The notes beneath the pieces were generated by a model, which worked only from the letters and a program-made list of their open reading frames with translations, had not been told where the DNA came from and did no database searches. A DNA stretch of 64,000 bases, taken from the human T2T-CHM13v2.0 reference genome, Homo sapiens. The position numbers were made by a program, and so were the translations under genes. Positions 59,042-64,000 of the stretch are shown one piece after another (position 1 is the first letter of the stretch; each line of letters begins with the position of its first letter). The stretch lies in the NCBI RefSeq assembly GCF_009914755.1, contig NC_060934.1, one strand, 5' to 3'.

Positions 59042-59751
59042 CTTTTTTATTTTTTTAATTTATTTATTTATTTTTTAAGTTTTGGGGTACATGTGCAGGA
59101 TGTGCAGATTTGTTACTTAGGTAAACATGTGCCATTGTGGTTTCCTGCACCTATCAACCCGTCGCCTAGGTATTAAGCCCCTCATGAATCAGCTCTTTCC
59201 CCTTATGCTCTCCCGCTCTGCCCTCCCCTGACAGGCCCCAGGAAGTGCTGTTCCCCTCCCTGTGTCCATGTATTCTCATTGTTCAGCTCCCACTTATAAG
59301 ACAAAACATGCAGTGTTTGGTTTTCTGTTCCTGTGTTAGTTTGCTGAGAATCATGGTTTCCAGCTTCATCCATGTCCCTGCAAAGGACATGATCTTGTTC
59401 CTTTTTATGGCTGCATACTATGCCATGGTGTATACGTACTACATTTTCTTTATCCAGTCTATTGTTGATGGGTTGATTCCATGTCTTTGCTATTGTGAAT
59501 ACTGCTGCAATGAACATATGTGTACATGTATCTTTATGATAGAAAGATTTATTTCCTTTGGGCATATACCCAGTAATGGGATTGCTGGGTCGAATGGTTT
59601 TTTTCATTCTACATCTTTGAGGAATTGCTGCACTGTGCGCATTCAGTATGATATTGGCCATAGATTTGTCATAAATGGCCCTTATCATTTTGAGGTATGT
59701 TCCTTCAATACCTATTTTATTGAGAGTTTTTAACATGAAGAGATGTTGAAT
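59042..59751 (-). mobile_element. L1PA8-11-like 3' fragment fused to a short RT-region piece
   Basis: gtacatgtgcaggatgtgcag...cacctatcaacccgtc 3' end; jumps at about 59638 to cattcagtatgatattgg (RT region); flanking repeat TTTACACTC at 59030 and 59752. Confidence 0.9.
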
Positions 59752-59879
59752 TTTACACTCTTATATTCTCCTTGGCACAGACAAGACTCAGGGGGTGCTC
59801 TAAATTGTGGACTCATTCGGACATGAATTTGTATCCTGATTATAACATTTTGAGGCTGTTTGAACATCAGCAAAATGCT

Positions 59880-60014
59880 TACATTTCTCAATCTATATTT
59901 ATTTAGTAGTAGCCTTATAAGATTATTGTTGAATTAAATGAAATAATGAATATAAAGTAATACTGGTATACTATCTGACACAATCTTATTATTCAATACA
60001 TGGTAGCTATTATT
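59880..60014 (+). mobile_element. MIR 3' part
   Basis: gattattgttgaattaaatgaaataatg...tcaatacatggtagctattatt. Confidence 0.65.
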
Positions 60015-60042
60015 GCAGTACCTGGGGTGGCCTGAAGCACGT

Positions 60043-62453
60043 TAATATGGTTTGGCTCTGCGTTCCACCAAAATCTCATGCTGAATTGTAATTCCCATTG
60101 CTGGAGGAGGAGCCTGGTGGGAGGTGATTGAATCATGAGGGTAAATTTCTCCTTACTGTTCTCATGATAGTGAGTGAGTTCTCATGAGATCTAGTTATTT
60201 AAAAGTGTGTAGCACTTCCCCATCCCTTTTCTTCTACTCTGGCCATGAAGGATGTGTCAGCTTCCTCTTTACCTTCCACCATGATTGCAAGTTTCCTGAG
60301 GACTTCCCAGCCATACTTACTGTACAGCCTGAAGAACCGTAAGCCAATTAAACTCCTTTTCTTTATAAATTATGCAATATCAGGTATTTCTTTATACCAA
60401 TGCAAGAGCAGACTAATACAGAAAATTGGTACCGAGAAGTGGGGCATTTCTATAAAGATAACTGAAACTATGGAAGCAGCTTTGGAGTTGGGTAACGGGC
60501 AGAGGTTGGAACAGTTTGGAGGGCTCAGAAGAAGACAGGAAGATATGGGAAAGTTTGGAAATTCCTAGACAATTGTTAAATTGTTGTGACCAAAATGCTG
60601 ATAGTGATATGGACAACAAAGTCCAGGCTGAGGTGGTGTCAGATGGAGATAAGGAATTTATTTGGAACTGAAGTAAAGGTCACTCTTGCCATGCTTTAGC
60701 AAAGAGACTGGCAGCATTTTGTCCCTGCTCTAGGGATCTGTGAAACTTTGTACTTGAGAGTGATGATTTAGGGTATCTAGTTGAAAAAAATTTCTAAGCA
60801 GCAGAGTGTTCAAGATGTGACCTAGCTGCTTCTAACACCGTATGGTCATATGTGTGAGCAAAGAGATGATCTGACAATGGAACTTATATTTAAAAGAAAA
60901 GTGAACATAAAAGTTTAGAAAATTTGCAGCCTGACCATGTGATAGAAAAGAAAAACCTATTCTTCTGGGAGGAATTCAAGCCAGCTGCAGAAATTTGCAT
61001 AAAGTAACAAGGATCCAAATGTTAATAACCAAGATAATGGGAGAATGCCTAGAAGACATTTCACAGACATTCATGGCAACCCCTCCCATCACAAGACTGG
61101 GGGCCTAGAAGGAAAGAATGGTTTTGTGGGCCAGGCCAAGGGCACTGCTACTACTCTCTGAATCCTTGGGACATGGCACCCTGCATTTCAGCTGCTAAAT
61201 CTCCAGCCATGGCTAAAAGGGCCCAAGGTATACCTTGACCTGTTGCTTCAGAGAGTGCAAGCTATAAAATCCTTGGTATTTTCTACATGGTGATAAGCCT
61301 GCAGGTGCACAGAGTGCAAAAGTTGAGCCTTAGAAACCTCCATCTAAATTTCAGAGGATGTATGAAGATGCCTGGATGTCCAAGCAGAAGTCTGCTGCAG
61401 GGGTAGAGCCCTTATGGAGGACCTCTACTAGGGCAGTGCAGAGGGGAAATGTGACGTTGGAACCCCCACACAGAGTCCCTACTGGGGCACTGCCTAGTGG
61501 AGCTGTGAGGAGAGGGTCACCATCCTCCAGACTCCACAATGGTAGATCCACTGACAGCTTGCACTGTGTGGCTGGAAAAGCCACAAGCACTCAATGCAAG
61601 TTCGTGAAAGCAGCTGCAGGGCTGTACCTTGCAGAGGTATAGGGGCAGAGCTGCCCAGGGTCTTGGGAGTTCACCCCTTGCATCAGTGTGGCATGAATGT
61701 GAGACATAGAGTCAAAGGTGATTATTTTTTAGCTCTGAGATTTAATGACTGCCCTGCTGAGTTTAGGAATTGCATGGGGCCTTTAGCCCCCTGTTTTTGT
61801 GGCCAATTTTTCCCTTTTGGAATGGGATCATTTGCCCAATGCCTGTACCATCATTGACTCTTCGAAGTGAGTAACTCGTTTTTTATTTTACAGGCTCCTA
61901 GGCAGAAGGGACTTGCCTTGTCTCAGATGAGACTTGGGACTTGAACTTTGAGTTAATGTTGGAATGAGTTAAGACTTTGGGAGATTGTTGGGAAGACACG
62001 ATTGTGTTTTGAAATGTGAGAGGGACATGAGATTTGGGAGGGGCCAGAGATGAAATGCTATGGTTTGGCTCTGCAGCCCCACCCAAAGCTCGTGTCAAAT
62101 TGTAATCCCCAGTGTTGGAGTAGGGGCCTGGTGGGAGGTGATTGATTCATGGGGGTGGACTTCTCCCTTCTGTTCTCATGATAGGGAGTGGTGAGTGAAT
62201 TCTCACGAGATCTGGTTGTTTAAAAGTGTGTACCACTTTCCCCTATCCTCTCTTCCTCCTTCTCTGGCCATTTAAGATGTACCGGCTTCCCCTCTGCCTT
62301 CTGCCATGATTGTAAGTTTTCCGAGGCCTCTACAGCCATGCTTTCTGTACAGCCTGTAAAATGGTGAAACTATGTTTTAAACCTCTTTTTTGAAAAAATA
62401 AATTACCAGGTCTCAGATAGTTCTTTATAGCAATGTGAGAACAGACTCATACA
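60043..62453 (+). mobile_element. Complete MSTA-type MaLR provirus: LTR 60043-60420, internal 60421-62055, LTR 62056-62453
   Basis: Two homologous LTRs (tatggtttggctctg...gact(a/c)ataca); internal starts gaaaattggtacc and ends in a polypurine tract; TSD CACGT (60038-60042) / CATGT (62454-62458). Confidence 0.95.
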
Positions 62454-64000
62454 CATGTAGACTTTAGTGTTTATGAATTTCTTCCTTTGAAAATTTTCTC
62501 TGCCCTGAGTACTTGAAATTTCTGGAAACTCTGGGAGAATTGTTTTACTTCTAAGGACGAATTCAACAGAATGATTACTTAAAAAGAGTAAAAAATGCAT
62601 TATAAAACATGACACTTTGTCTCTTCCTTGCTCAAGAGATTAATCCATTTTCCCATGTCTCAGAAATTCTTATTTGTATTTATGCAAAAGCTGTTCTTTC
62701 TGCATAATACATCTTATTACACCAAAACTACACATTCTAATATTTGTCTGATACTTTTATGTTTCAAATATTCACGTTGTGAGTTTAGTACAAAAGTGTA
62801 AGTTTATATGTGATCCTGAAAACAAGAAGGAAATTATAGTAACCATCTTCAGCTTAAAAGTTTTATACTTTATCTGAACATAAATTGCACTTCACATGAA
62901 ATAAGAAGCTGTAATTCTACTCTTTTCTTTAGTACTACTCTGAATTTACACTCAGTCAAATCTTTGTTTAAATTAATCTCTCTAAAGAAAAGAATAGGCA
63001 ATAAATCAGTTAAAAATAAATATAATTATAAAATTTGTGTTCTTCATTTTCAAAGGAATGTTGGCTCCATGTCAGAAATCAACAAGCAAAGGCAATCACC
63101 TCTATTATACTTCAGCATTGTGATTCAGTGCAGTCATTAGTTATGAAGGGTTGGGAGAATTTAGAAAGAGAATACTTAACTTGGGCTGGGGAAGGATAAG
63201 TGAAATCTCAGTAAAGGAAATGATAAACCATAATCTGAAAAGAGAAGGGGTCACAAGAAGTATGGAAATGTTCATGAGAAGCATAAGGGCTCTTTAAACT
63301 GGCCCAGAGAGTTGACATGATATGAATTATTTTAAATAATTAATTTGTATCACAAATACCACATAGATAAAAGAGGAACAAATAAGCAGTGGGATTTAAA
63401 TTAAAATATGTGTGAACACTTTAAATTTATTTTTAACCCCTTGGAAAAAATATTTTTCACAGTAAATGGCTTGGCTGTTTCTGAAGATGCCATAGAATTG
63501 ATGAGCAATACCAGCCTGTCTCAAGCAAATTGTCAAAGCTAAATGGAGTAAGTGTTTAAAATGGTCACTCAGGCAGAACCATCTGCTTATTAAAGTGTTT
63601 GCTTGAGAAGCCAGGTGCTGAAGTGCTAATGCATTTATTGATGACATGCAAATTTGTTAAATATTGAAATCTCCTTTATCAAGATGTCATAGTTGTCGTT
63701 CTTCTCCTTCCTCTTTTCCATTCCTTTCTTGCAACAGTGGAGAGAACAAATCAGAAAAGCTGGAGTTCAGCTTTGATCTATGAAAAAGCTAATTAAAGCA
63801 GAACAAAGATAAATAATATAGAACGTGATGAAATAAATTAAGCATTCTCCGCAAGTAAGCTGTGCTATTTATTCATAAGGGTACCAAGAAGTTGATTTCA
63901 TTGTCCCCTGTGGAGACTCTATGACAAAATATCTGTTATATCAAACATTAGTTTATTGCAAAATAGGAGTTATTTCAGCTAGAATTTTATGCTTTTAAGA

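Noticed and set aside
61351-61857. ORFs in the MSTA internal region
   Set aside because: Fragments of the decayed MaLR internal ORF, not a host gene

Overview
Primate, almost certainly human, nuclear DNA: AT-rich, intergenic or deep-intronic, and dominated by transposable elements. I see no intact protein-coding gene, RNA gene or CRISPR array. The longer ORFs in the track fall in L1 ORF1/ORF2 remnants, Alu, LTR12C, MaLR or simple repeats. Main contents: a full-length but decayed L1PA15/16-like element (about 10410-17045) with a likely 3' transduction; many older L1M fragments; two twin-primed (5'-inverted) L1s; seven full Alus plus one monomer; THE1 solo LTRs; a complete MSTA provirus; and a five-level nest (L1MC4 > L1MB > ERV1 LTR > MER61 and LTR12C > AluYe5) whose LTR and Alu target-site duplications (TSDs) are all readable. 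The nest places a perfect p53 response element about 1 kb from an LTR12C promoter. A few candidate + strand spliced exons lie in unique DNA. I found no convincing new biological system; the findings are retrotransposition scars and candidate regulatory elements. Subfamily names come from remembered consensus sequences and need RepeatMasker/Dfam confirmation. Boundaries of old elements are approximate.
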